Shown here: positions 25,964-34,247 of the stretch, piece after piece
Position numbering within the stretch: the stretch's first letter is position 1
How the letters are laid out: every line of letters starts with the position of its first letter
Notes under the pieces: model-generated
Databases searched by the model: none
Told to the model about the DNA's origin: nothing
Seen by the model: only the letters and a program-made list of their open reading frames with translations
Program-made: the position numbers and the translations under genes
IMG/VR virus record: IMGVR_UViG_3300031965_000022
Span: 1-64,000 of that record
DNA: 64,000 nucleotides
Strand: one strand, 5' to 3'
Source: a virus

Positions 25964-26002
25964 GGTGGGGTGGTCACAACCCACCCCACCCACCTTTGTT
26001 TT
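25964..26002 (+). terminator. Rho-independent terminator
   Basis: GGTGGGGTGG (25964-25973) / CCACCCCACC (25981-25990), then CACCTTTGTTTT. Confidence 0.6.
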
Positions 26003-26014
26003 GAGGAGTTCATT

Positions 26015-26404
26015 ATGGCTACGACAGCAATTCCGATTCCGAACGCCAAGTACGAGATTCGGCCCCCGAAACCGTCCACCAAGCGTAGTCCCACTGCGAC
26101 CTACCTGCTGAACAACACCCCCGATAAGGATAAGGTGTCAGTAACGGTCCCCACAGTCACTCGGGCCTACAACATCGCCCACGAGGCCATCCACATCAAC
26201 AAGAGGAAGTACGAGCCCGGCAAGACTTACCGCCTCCACCCGGACCTTGCAACGGAACTGAAGAAGTCCATCGAGAATTTCGAGGAGAAGATAGTGTTGC
26301 AAGTCACAAAGGGTCAGGGGTCGAAAGCTCAGGTACCGATGCTGGAACTGACCCCTGAGGGGGACTTCCCCGCAAATCACGTCATTGACCACCTTAGCGA
26401 CTAG
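26015..26404 (+). CDS. hypothetical head-associated protein
   Basis: ATG 26015 (MATTAIP) with GAGGAG SD. Confidence 0.55.
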   Translation: MATTAIPIPNAKYEIRPPKPSTKRSPTATYLLNNTPDKDKVSVTVPTVTRAYNIAHEAIHINKRKYEPGKTYRLHPDLATELKKSIENFEEKIVLQVTKGQGSKAQVPMLELTPEGDFPANHVIDHLSD

Positions 26405-26413
26405 GAGGGGCTG

Positions 26414-26749
26414 ATGCGCCTCAAACGTGGCGTGGAATCCCACGACATCTCATGGCAGGTGTGGTACGGCATCGGTGTAGCTGATGCAGTAAGTAGGCAG
26501 GAGGGATGTGGGGAGGTCATCGTTACCTCCCTACGCGACGGCTCCCATCTTCACACCTCCCGGCATTACACCGGGGAGGCATTTGACATGCGGACCCGCC
26601 ATATGCCGCCGGAGGCCGCCAAGGCCGTTTACCACCGCCTTCGGGCCACCCTAGACCCCCAAGGCTTTGACACCGTGTTGGAATCTGACCACATCCATTG
26701 TGAGTGGGACCCCAAGCTAGGGGAGACACTCGGGGAGGAGGTTTTATGA
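26414..26749 (+). CDS. peptidase M15 (VanY/L-Ala-D-Glu peptidase-like) endolysin
   Basis: SRHYTGEAFD (S-x-H-x2-G-x-A-x-D) and DHIHCE zinc-ligand motifs; 111 aa, no binding domain. Confidence 0.75.
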   Translation: MRLKRGVESHDISWQVWYGIGVADAVSRQEGCGEVIVTSLRDGSHLHTSRHYTGEAFDMRTRHMPPEAAKAVYHRLRATLDPQGFDTVLESDHIHCEWDPKLGETLGEEVL

Positions 26750-27045
26750 CCTGGATTGCTGGTCTGTGGACCGCCGCAGTCTTCGCATGGAAGGGCCGCA
26801 GAATATTTTGGGCGCTAAAGGACCTGCCGGGGCTGCTGCAAGAAGCAGAGGGAATGTTTGGCCCCGGCTCGGGGACGGAGAAGAAGCGGCATGTCCTTGG
26901 GACCTTCAACAGGTCGCTGTTGCTGGTTGAGACCGCTTATGGGCGGGATGTCGTCGATGAAGTCAGAGCCTATAAGGCTGCGTCGTGGCTGATCGACGGT
27001 ACAGTCGAAATGTTCAACGCCTTCGGGCTATGGGAGGAGAAGTAA
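26746..27045 (+). CDS. holin-like protein (LL-H family-like)
   Basis: N-terminal TM WIAGLWTAAVFAW, GSGTEKKRHV segment recalled from LL-H holins; ATGA overlap with endolysin. Confidence 0.55.
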   Translation: MTWIAGLWTAAVFAWKGRRIFWALKDLPGLLQEAEGMFGPGSGTEKKRHVLGTFNRSLLLVETAYGRDVVDEVRAYKAASWLIDGTVEMFNAFGLWEEK

Positions 27046-27278
27046 TGACCCTAGATGAAAAAGTTGACATCATTTTGAAGATTTTGCGGAAGCAATTTCC
27101 AGTGGCGGAAGAGGAGAGATTGGATGATCCGATTTCGATTACCCAGGCGGTTACAATTGCGGAGAATCCCGCCGTCACATTCCAACTGGACCCGGTGGCC
27201 CGCGTATTCCATTTCTGGCGGAGCATTGCCGGGATGGGGCTGTCGAAGATGCCGGATCGTCCTTGGGACGGGACTTAG
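27045..27278 (+). CDS. hypothetical protein
   Basis: TAATG coupling. Confidence 0.5.
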   Translation: MTLDEKVDIILKILRKQFPVAEEERLDDPISITQAVTIAENPAVTFQLDPVARVFHFWRSIAGMGLSKMPDRPWDGT

Positions 27279-27287
27279 GAGGCGATT

Positions 27288-27458
27288 ATGGTTTTGGGGG
27301 AATTAGCAATTATCGCCATTGCCAAGGCTGTGGAGGCTGGATTTAACTTCGGCAGCAAGATTTCGGACGGTCAACCACAGGAATACAAGGACCAAGTGTG
27401 GAAGTGGATTGTGGAGGACCAGAAGAAGTTCCGAAGGGTGCTAGGGTTGGAGGAGTAG
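27288..27458 (+). CDS. small protein (56 aa, not in ORF track)
   Basis: AGGAGG SD; MVLGELAIIAIAKAVEAGF amphipathic/hydrophobic N-terminus. Confidence 0.4.
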   Translation: MVLGELAIIAIAKAVEAGFNFGSKISDGQPQEYKDQVWKWIVEDQKKFRRVLGLEE

Positions 27459-27538
27459 TGGACCCCTTCGGCCAATTCTTGTTGGCGGTTATTATCGTCA
27501 ACCTGACCTTGGCGTTAGTGGTGTGGGCACTCTTATGA
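27458..27538 (+). CDS. micro TM peptide (26 aa)
   Basis: GTG overlapping TAG; VDPFGQFLLAVIIVNLTLALVVWALL; ATGA overlap with the next gene. Confidence 0.35.
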   Translation: MDPFGQFLLAVIIVNLTLALVVWALL

Positions 27539-27966
27539 CCGTTGAACAAACAATACGCGCCCGAAAGAACCTGGAGGCGGTCTTCGCCCACTATGGGCTG
27601 CCGCCGCTGCAAATCGCCGCCCGCTTCGACGACAGATGCTTTTGGTACCTGACGGACCCGTGGCTGGCGCGGCTGCGCGACCTGACGCTCACGGGAAAGT
27701 TCCGTAGCTGGGATGCGTTCAGCAATCACGGTGTCATGGCGACAGCCAGTTTCCGGGAGAACGTGCCGCGATATTCAATGCAAATTGTAATTCATGGTCA
27801 GCCGGGAGAGGAAATGGACCGCCTTGTAGAGGCCGACATTGACCGCTGGAACCCGGACTACGGGGCGGGGGTTGCACTTGTTCATTTCTTCGCGGATGTT
27901 TTGGGACCTACTTCCGATCCCTTCAACACCACCAAGGCGCTGCAGAAGCGGGGGATCGAAGTTTAG
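27535..27966 (+). CDS. hypothetical protein
   Basis: ORF 27523..27966 trimmed to ATG 27535. Confidence 0.55.
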   Translation: MTVEQTIRARKNLEAVFAHYGLPPLQIAARFDDRCFWYLTDPWLARLRDLTLTGKFRSWDAFSNHGVMATASFRENVPRYSMQIVIHGQPGEEMDRLVEADIDRWNPDYGAGVALVHFFADVLGPTSDPFNTTKALQKRGIEV

Positions 27967-27974
27967 GAGGCCGT

Positions 27975-28382
27975 GTGCAAATCACCGTCGCCAAGGATGC
28001 GTTGCGGAACTTTCGACGACGGGCTACCCGAAGATACCCCAAGGAGTGTATTGAGACCCTATGGGGGCTCAAGAACGGTCACTGGCGCATCACCGAATTT
28101 CGCCCCATCCCGCATGACGGCAGCCGACGAGCCGTGTATTTCAATGATGACGACGCGAAGTTTGGTGCGCGAGATGGAAAACTGACCCGCGTCGGCACCA
28201 TCCACACTCACACAATTTTGGGCTCCGACTGCTCTCCCAGTGAACATGACTGGGATGATTGTGCAAACCTGAACGAACTTATCACTGGCATCTGCACCGT
28301 CGAAAAGTCCAAGACAGGCCGCCTCCACACCCGCGTCCGCTTCTTTCTTGCCCGAGCCACTTGTGAGGTGACGCTTAAGTAA
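27975..28382 (+). CDS. JAB/MPN (JAMM) domain metalloprotease-like protein
   Basis: upstream Glu (KECIETLWG) and GTIHTHT-x-SPSEHD (H-x-H...S-x-x-D); AGGAGG SD; TAATG coupling to the tail fibre gene. Confidence 0.6.
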   Translation: MQITVAKDALRNFRRRATRRYPKECIETLWGLKNGHWRITEFRPIPHDGSRRAVYFNDDDAKFGARDGKLTRVGTIHTHTILGSDCSPSEHDWDDCANLNELITGICTVEKSKTGRLHTRVRFFLARATCEVTLK

Positions 28383-31369
28383 TGCCTCCGACACGCCTAA
28401 CCCGTTCCGGGACTCCCATCTCGGACCTTCGCCTCAACCACTTCTTCAATGAAGATGGTTCGGTGGACCCAAGAAAGTCAAAGGCGTTTGTGTCTCTTCT
28501 CAACAACTGGGCTGAAGAGGTGGTGAACGGCATCTCCTTTGCGGCTGCCCGTGGCGTCACCGCCGCTCACACCCTGCGAAACAACTTGACGGTAGAAGAG
28601 ATCGCCAGTGGCTTCACCGCAGGTAGCATCATCTTTGCGTCGGCAGGCGGCGCACTGGACCAGGACAATGATGGCCTCTTTTTTGACGCCACGAATGTCC
28701 GTATGGGGATTGGAGAGAATGTCCCGGCTGTGCGGCTGTCACTAGCGGGAACCGGAGCCTCCAACGGTATCAGTTTTGGGGATGATGCAGCCGACCCGGC
28801 CAACCTCTACAGGTCTGCCGCAAATGAGTTGACCACTGACGATGCGTTGATCTCAGGGACCAGTGTGCAAGCGCCCTTCTTTCGGTCGGCGGCTGCGGAT
28901 GTTGCAGACACCGGGGCTGTGCGGCTGGGAAATGGCGCGTCTCAGGGGATATTCTTTGAGAAATCTCCAACGGGAACTGACTTCGGCGTCTGGTCCAACC
29001 TCACCACGTTAGTCTTTGGTGAAACTGGGAGAACAGACCTAGTATTCAATGCTGACATCAACGATGACCTGACGCTTCGTTTTGGGCAGCAGGTTAGCGG
29101 CGCAGAAGACCCACTAGGCTTCTTTGATTTCTTGGTGCATGATGATGTGTCCGTCTCCACGTCGAATGCAGAACCCAATTCATCTAGGCATCAATTTGCC
29201 TTTCGCGGGACTAAAATTGTTGAAGACACAGACACCGGTATATATGGGGGCATCCACGGGGTTGGGTGTCGTGGAACTGATGGGGCAGTGTCTGGGAACA
29301 ATGTTGATTTATTTGGGGTACAAGGAGAAATTGAATGGGATTCCTCCTCCACTGGAACCGGCAACGAAGCAATTGCTTTTGGTTCTATATTAAATGTGGG
29401 GGCTAGCGGCGGCCCCGCCCCTGGAGTTTTGGATAAAATGGTCGCCTTCTCCCACAATGAGGCTTTTGTATTCTCATACACTGTACAAGACCTCATAGCT
29501 TTTTGGGGCCGCGCCATGACGACAAATTCTGCTGTAGATAGCATCTACGGCGTGAAGATTGAGGATGTAAGTGGAGCCGCAACCAATAATTACGCCATCA
29601 AAACAGGCACCGGCCTCGTTGACTTTGGTGATGACGTAAATGTCACCGGCACCCTGGATGCCACAACCTTGACGGAGAGCGGCAACGCCGTCCCAAATGC
29701 GACAGATCACCTGGGCTTTTTTGCCGCAACCACCTCGGCGCAACTTGCAGGAGTCTTATCTGACGAAACCGGGTCTGGTTTAGCAGTATTTAACAATACT
29801 CCAACTTTATTGACTCCGACCATTGCAGATTTCACCAACGCTCAACACGATCATTCAAACGCCGCTGGCGGTGGAAGCATAGCGGCCAGTGGAATATCGG
29901 GCCAAGTATCACCCGCTCAAGGGGGCACAGGAGATGATACCAGTGCCACAACGGGCGTTCCTAGAATCACTGCCGGAAATTGGACATATGATGCCGGAAT
30001 CTCTCATCTAGCGGCTTCTACCTCCGCAGAGCTTGCGGGTGTTATCTCTGATGAGACGGGTAGCAGCGGGGGAGTCCTTGTTTTCAACAATGCTCCATCC
30101 ATCACATCTCCTACAATTGGCACAAGTGCTACGTTCTCCTTTTTAACTGAGGGGTCTGTTCCCTTTGCGGGAACTGGGGGACTGCTTAGTCAGGACAACA
30201 CGAACCTGTTCTGGGATGCCGGAGACGTGCAATTGTTCGTGGGAGGGGCAACAGACATCAGTGGGAGACTTCAGGCAAAAAACGACTCCGCTTCTGTTAT
30301 AGTTGCCGAGCGATCTAGTTCTGCTGCTTCGCCCGCGACGGGGTTTGTTGGCTCTTTTGTTGGTTACAATCCTGACACCACCGATGGAAATGGCTTATCT
30401 TACAACTTCGCCTCTGATACAACGGGGGCCGGAGCGGCTACCGGAACTACCTTCGGGCAAATTGGCTTCCAGTTCACTACCCACGATCATGCCACACGCA
30501 CGGGGGCATTCTACTTTCGAGCCGCAAATTCAGCCGCCTTTCCGTCCAATCTGATTCTCAGCAGTACGGCGATTTTTGGGACAGCGGTGGATGTCCTCTC
30601 TACAGGGGTACGCCTGACGGGGAGCAACGGCACCCTGACGTTCCTTGGCTTGGGAGATGGAGCGGATGAGGACTTAACACTCGATCTGAACACCACAGCG
30701 AACACAGGTATCTTCACTTCTTCTACATCCCTGAACAAACTGACCTTCACCGGGATTACACTGAATACCTCATCGGGATTTGAGGTTGGTGGGGCAGCCC
30801 TAAACTTCTCCCACTTGGCGGGAACAGCTACAGCGGCGCAGTTGCCAATCATCGTAGACACCGCCGACCAAGGATACTTCCTGGGCGTCCAAGTGTTTCC
30901 TGCATCATCCTCGGCTACGACTGCCAGTGTGACAGCGATTGACCAGACCCGCGTGTATCAGTTTGTCCTGCCGTTTCGCGTGACCGTAGGGAACATCGTG
31001 TCGAGGGTGACGACCGGCGGCGGTGCCGGGAAGCTGTACGGCATTGGGCTCTACAACGCGGCGGGGTCACTAGTTCTAGAAACCGGGGCGCTCGACGCCA
31101 ATACGGTAGCTATCAGTAAGACCGCGATTACGCCGGTCACACTTGACCCCGGACCTTACTTTTTTGCGTGGACATCTGATTCGACTTCGACAGCTTTGTC
31201 TGCGTTCTCTGTGACTGTTGGGGGTGCAGCCGACGCAATTCTCAATGCCGGTGCCGTCGAGAAGGTGGGCACTGCGGCTGCGAGTTCTGCGGGGGTATTA
31301 CCCGCGTCGATGGGAACCGTTACGGCACTCAGCATCACCGCGATCCCACTGGTAAGTTTTGAGCGATAA
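28382..31369 (+). CDS. tail fibre / tail spike-like protein
   Basis: 995 aa, Gly/Thr/Ser/Ala-rich; internal repeat TSAQLAGVLSDETGSG..VFNN.P.L..PTI occurs twice. Confidence 0.75.
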   Translation: MPPTRLTRSGTPISDLRLNHFFNEDGSVDPRKSKAFVSLLNNWAEEVVNGISFAAARGVTAAHTLRNNLTVEEIASGFTAGSIIFASAGGALDQDNDGLFFDATNVRMGIGENVPAVRLSLAGTGASNGISFGDDAADPANLYRSAANELTTDDALISGTSVQAPFFRSAAADVADTGAVRLGNGASQGIFFEKSPTGTDFGVWSNLTTLVFGETGRTDLVFNADINDDLTLRFGQQVSGAEDPLGFFDFLVHDDVSVSTSNAEPNSSRHQFAFRGTKIVEDTDTGIYGGIHGVGCRGTDGAVSGNNVDLFGVQGEIEWDSSSTGTGNEAIAFGSILNVGASGGPAPGVLDKMVAFSHNEAFVFSYTVQDLIAFWGRAMTTNSAVDSIYGVKIEDVSGAATNNYAIKTGTGLVDFGDDVNVTGTLDATTLTESGNAVPNATDHLGFFAATTSAQLAGVLSDETGSGLAVFNNTPTLLTPTIADFTNAQHDHSNAAGGGSIAASGISGQVSPAQGGTGDDTSATTGVPRITAGNWTYDAGISHLAASTSAELAGVISDETGSSGGVLVFNNAPSITSPTIGTSATFSFLTEGSVPFAGTGGLLSQDNTNLFWDAGDVQLFVGGATDISGRLQAKNDSASVIVAERSSSAASPATGFVGSFVGYNPDTTDGNGLSYNFASDTTGAGAATGTTFGQIGFQFTTHDHATRTGAFYFRAANSAAFPSNLILSSTAIFGTAVDVLSTGVRLTGSNGTLTFLGLGDGADEDLTLDLNTTANTGIFTSSTSLNKLTFTGITLNTSSGFEVGGAALNFSHLAGTATAAQLPIIVDTADQGYFLGVQVFPASSSATTASVTAIDQTRVYQFVLPFRVTVGNIVSRVTTGGGAGKLYGIGLYNAAGSLVLETGALDANTVAISKTAITPVTLDPGPYFFAWTSDSTSTALSAFSVTVGGAADAILNAGAVEKVGTAAASSAGVLPASMGTVTALSITAIPLVSFER

Positions 31370-31380
31370 GTGGAGTCCAC

Positions 31381-32553
31381 ATGGCGACAGCAACCTTAAC
31401 CGTACAAAACATCCTCGATCTGGTCCAAATCGACCAAGACGATCTGTTGATCTCGGGCGGGGCCGCGAGTGTCACCACCCCGGACCTGCTAATCAACTAC
31501 GTCGATAGGGTCCAGCAGATGATCCTTGGGCACCGCCCCGAGGCATGGGATTGGATGCTATCCACGCCAAAGAAGTTCCTTACCGAACGGGGGCAGACGG
31601 ATTACTGGATTGGGACCACAGCGGGGAACGCCGCAGGCGAAGTGGACACTGCCCTAAACCTCACCGACCTCCGAAGGGTCAAGGCAGGGAGTGTTATCGG
31701 TAGGAGCAACTTCTCCCGACCCTTCAACGTCACTGAGGCCCCATTGGGCTTGTCGTGGCAAAACGAGGATGGTTCCTACAATGAAGGGCCGCCCCAGTGG
31801 TACCGCAACGATGAGCAAAGCCCCAATGTCCTCAGCATCTACCCGGCCCCGGACCAGGGCAGCACCTACGAGATTGTGCCGCCTGCGCCGAACCTCATCA
31901 GTTCCACCTCTGGGGCGCTGTCAGCACGAGTCTACTACGTCCGCACCACCTTCCTAGATGTGCAAGGGAATGAGGGACTACCCTCCACGACCGCCAAGAC
32001 CTACGTGGTTGCCAATAAGGTGCTGGTGGTGGATGCACCACAGCCCAAAATCAGCGGGGCCGCCAGTGGCATCACCTACACTCACTTTAATGTTTATGCG
32101 TCGGAGACAGAGGGGTCTGAGACCCTTCAGAGCGTATCACCCCAAGCCATTGCCACGGATTGGACGGAGCCCGACACCGGCCTTACTACCTCGGGAGCCT
32201 CGGTACCTACTTCCTCAGACATCGAGCCACTGAACGGATACTTGATGGAGTTCCGGTACTTCAAGCAGCATACCACCCTCACTGGCGTCTCTAGCACCCT
32301 TCTGATCCCGAATGACTTCAAAGATGTGGTTGTGGCGGGTGTCAATTGGCTGGCTGCCCGATACCTCAAAAAGGGCGACATGACAGTGTGGGAGCAGGAC
32401 TTCAGGGCTGGAGTGATTCGGATGCAGCAAGCTCAGAACCGCTGGGGTGGGGCGAAGTATCTGCGGCCCGATCGCGCTGCCCAATTCAACCGTTATCCGG
32501 GCGACAGCTATGGGAACTTCTGGAGTGGGGGATGGAACCCGGACCCTTCCTAG
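31381..32553 (+). CDS. virion structural protein
   Basis: ORF track; location in the tail module. Confidence 0.65.
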   Translation: MATATLTVQNILDLVQIDQDDLLISGGAASVTTPDLLINYVDRVQQMILGHRPEAWDWMLSTPKKFLTERGQTDYWIGTTAGNAAGEVDTALNLTDLRRVKAGSVIGRSNFSRPFNVTEAPLGLSWQNEDGSYNEGPPQWYRNDEQSPNVLSIYPAPDQGSTYEIVPPAPNLISSTSGALSARVYYVRTTFLDVQGNEGLPSTTAKTYVVANKVLVVDAPQPKISGAASGITYTHFNVYASETEGSETLQSVSPQAIATDWTEPDTGLTTSGASVPTSSDIEPLNGYLMEFRYFKQHTTLTGVSSTLLIPNDFKDVVVAGVNWLAARYLKKGDMTVWEQDFRAGVIRMQQAQNRWGGAKYLRPDRAAQFNRYPGDSYGNFWSGGWNPDPS

Positions 32554-32657
32554 CCGCACCGCCTGAGTTGTGGTTAGCTATTGCTGCCGTAGGCGCAGTG
32601 GGTCTGCTCATCCTCACCACTCAAGCTGTGGTTGAGAATTGGAAACGGAGACGATAG
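32532..32657 (+). CDS. small TM protein (41 aa)
   Basis: internal ATG of ORF 32346..32657 with GGAG SD; LWLAIAAVGAVGLLILTT. Confidence 0.35.
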   Translation: MEPGPFLAAPPELWLAIAAVGAVGLLILTTQAVVENWKRRR

Positions 32658-32682
32658 TCTACAAAGTCAAAGGAGACACCTA

Positions 32683-33060
32683 ATGGCATCCCCAATACTC
32701 GGAATGATAGAACGGTTGCGAAGCGCCAAGGGGGGTGCAATGGCCGCGCCCCCACCGATGCCGCCGCCACCCGACCCGGCGGGATTTGGCAACATCCCCG
32801 ATATGGCTGCAGCCGTGGGCGGGCCGCCGGAAAGCGGTGTCCGCTACATGATGGCCTCCCCCTTTGGAGACATGCCACTGCCTCCAGACTTGCAGCAATT
32901 GTTTGATGAGGCACGAGAAAAGGAGCGGGGCAGCAAAGACCAGCAGCTTACCAATCCATTGTTGCTGACGCCGACAGCCCCGGAGGAACCCCTGGGAGAG
33001 CCGCAGCCACTACCGATGGATGCAATGGACCCCTCGAAGATGCGGATGCAGGAGTTCTGA
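32683..33060 (+). CDS. Pro/Met-rich hypothetical protein
   Basis: ATG 32683 with AAGGAG 7 nt upstream. Confidence 0.5.
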   Translation: MASPILGMIERLRSAKGGAMAAPPPMPPPPDPAGFGNIPDMAAAVGGPPESGVRYMMASPFGDMPLPPDLQQLFDEAREKERGSKDQQLTNPLLLTPTAPEEPLGEPQPLPMDAMDPSKMRMQEF

Positions 33061-33185
33061 TGAAGCGGTCGCCCAAGAAGCCGAAGGTGGTTGCGCGGCC
33101 CGCTGCGATCTGTGGCGTTTGTGGCGGGGCGTTGACGCCGATACGACCCGCGCCGAGGTGGTTCTGCCCCCGATGCGGGCGCTAG
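33060..33185 (+). CDS. micro zinc-ribbon protein (41 aa, CGVCG...CPRCG)
   Basis: ATG overlaps the upstream TGA; not in ORF track. Confidence 0.4.
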   Translation: MKRSPKKPKVVARPAAICGVCGGALTPIRPAPRWFCPRCGR

Positions 33186-33329
33186 TTACTCAGGACCAGG
33201 ATTCACCTCTTATAATCCCTACAGATATGTTGTGCCATGTAGCCTCCTCATCCCAGCATATCATGGAGGTGTGCCATTAGTCTAACAGTTCAGAATGTTG
33301 CAGATGATATCAGCTTCGAGATTCGCAAA

Positions 33330-33953
33330 ATGATTGATGGTACCAGTGGCTCGGGCGCTGACTTCAACCTGCTTGTGCGGTGGATCGACCAGACCCACAA
33401 AGATTTGCTCCACACAGGCATCTACCGTCATGTGTTGAGGCAGAAGACCGCCATTACCTCCGTAGCGGCGACCCGCAGTTACGTTCTCACCCCTACCGAC
33501 GTGCGGCGGGTAGAGGTAGTCTACAACCAAAAGTTGGAGATGCTCCTCTCACCCATCACCGAAGCGTTTGGGCCGTCATCGCTGGCCGACCCCGCCGACA
33601 TTGATGGGGGAGCAAGGCCGGATCGGTTGGTAGCAACGCACCGGGTCTCAACACACTACCCTCAATTCTACTGGCTTGATACGACTGTCACTGGCGGGAC
33701 ACCCGCCCACACCTTGTATCTGTTTCCACCGCCCGCCACAGCGCAGTTCGCCGGGACCGTGGATGTATATTACATCCAACAGGCCGCTACGGTTTCAGCG
33801 GCGGGCGACACCTTGGCCGCAGGCGAGGACTCACGGGATGCAATGATTGCGGGGGTGTTGTCGAGGGCCTACCGCTACCTTGGATGGATTGAGATGGCCA
33901 CCTACTGGGGTGGGGTGTATGAAGCTATGAAGGTCGGTGAAACCAACCTCTAG
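33330..33953 (+). CDS. tail tubular protein A-like (by size and order only)
   Basis: 207 aa followed by 94-aa and 781-aa genes, as in T7-type gp11/gp12 order; frame stays open upstream to an ATT at 33276 behind GGAGG. Confidence 0.5.
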   Translation: MIDGTSGSGADFNLLVRWIDQTHKDLLHTGIYRHVLRQKTAITSVAATRSYVLTPTDVRRVEVVYNQKLEMLLSPITEAFGPSSLADPADIDGGARPDRLVATHRVSTHYPQFYWLDTTVTGGTPAHTLYLFPPPATAQFAGTVDVYYIQQAATVSAAGDTLAAGEDSRDAMIAGVLSRAYRYLGWIEMATYWGGVYEAMKVGETNL

Positions 33954-33962
33954 GAGCGTGTT

Positions 33963-34247
33963 ATGCCCATTAACTATCGACCACAGGTGAATCCGCTGTT
34001 GACGCGCCTCGGCATCGACCCCGCTGCGAACGCCGATGCAACCAGTTTGGCCTCTCCCCTCGGGATGGCCACCGCAGGGCCTGCGGCCCTCAAAACCTTC
34101 TTAGGGCCGAGAGAAGCGAAGGTGTTTACGACCGCCGAAGAAATACCGCAGATGAACGTGATTCTGGAGTGGATGAAGCGGTTGCCGCTGAGTCGGTGGG
34201 CCGACGATGATGTGCTGAAGGCGACTCGGCAGTGGCGGGGACAGTAG
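33963..34247 (+). CDS. hypothetical protein
   Basis: ORF track. Confidence 0.5.
   Translation: MPINYRPQVNPLLTRLGIDPAANADATSLASPLGMATAGPAALKTFLGPREAKVFTTAEEIPQMNVILEWMKRLPLSRWADDDVLKATRQWRGQ

Noticed and set aside
25019-25993. 324-aa ORF antisense to the major capsid gene; similar long shadow ORFs at 44967..45851, 39189..39680, 16991..17566 and 23853..24455
   Set aside because: They lie opposite well-supported genes, are Arg/Gly/Pro-rich and lack SDs. They are GC-driven shadow ORFs.
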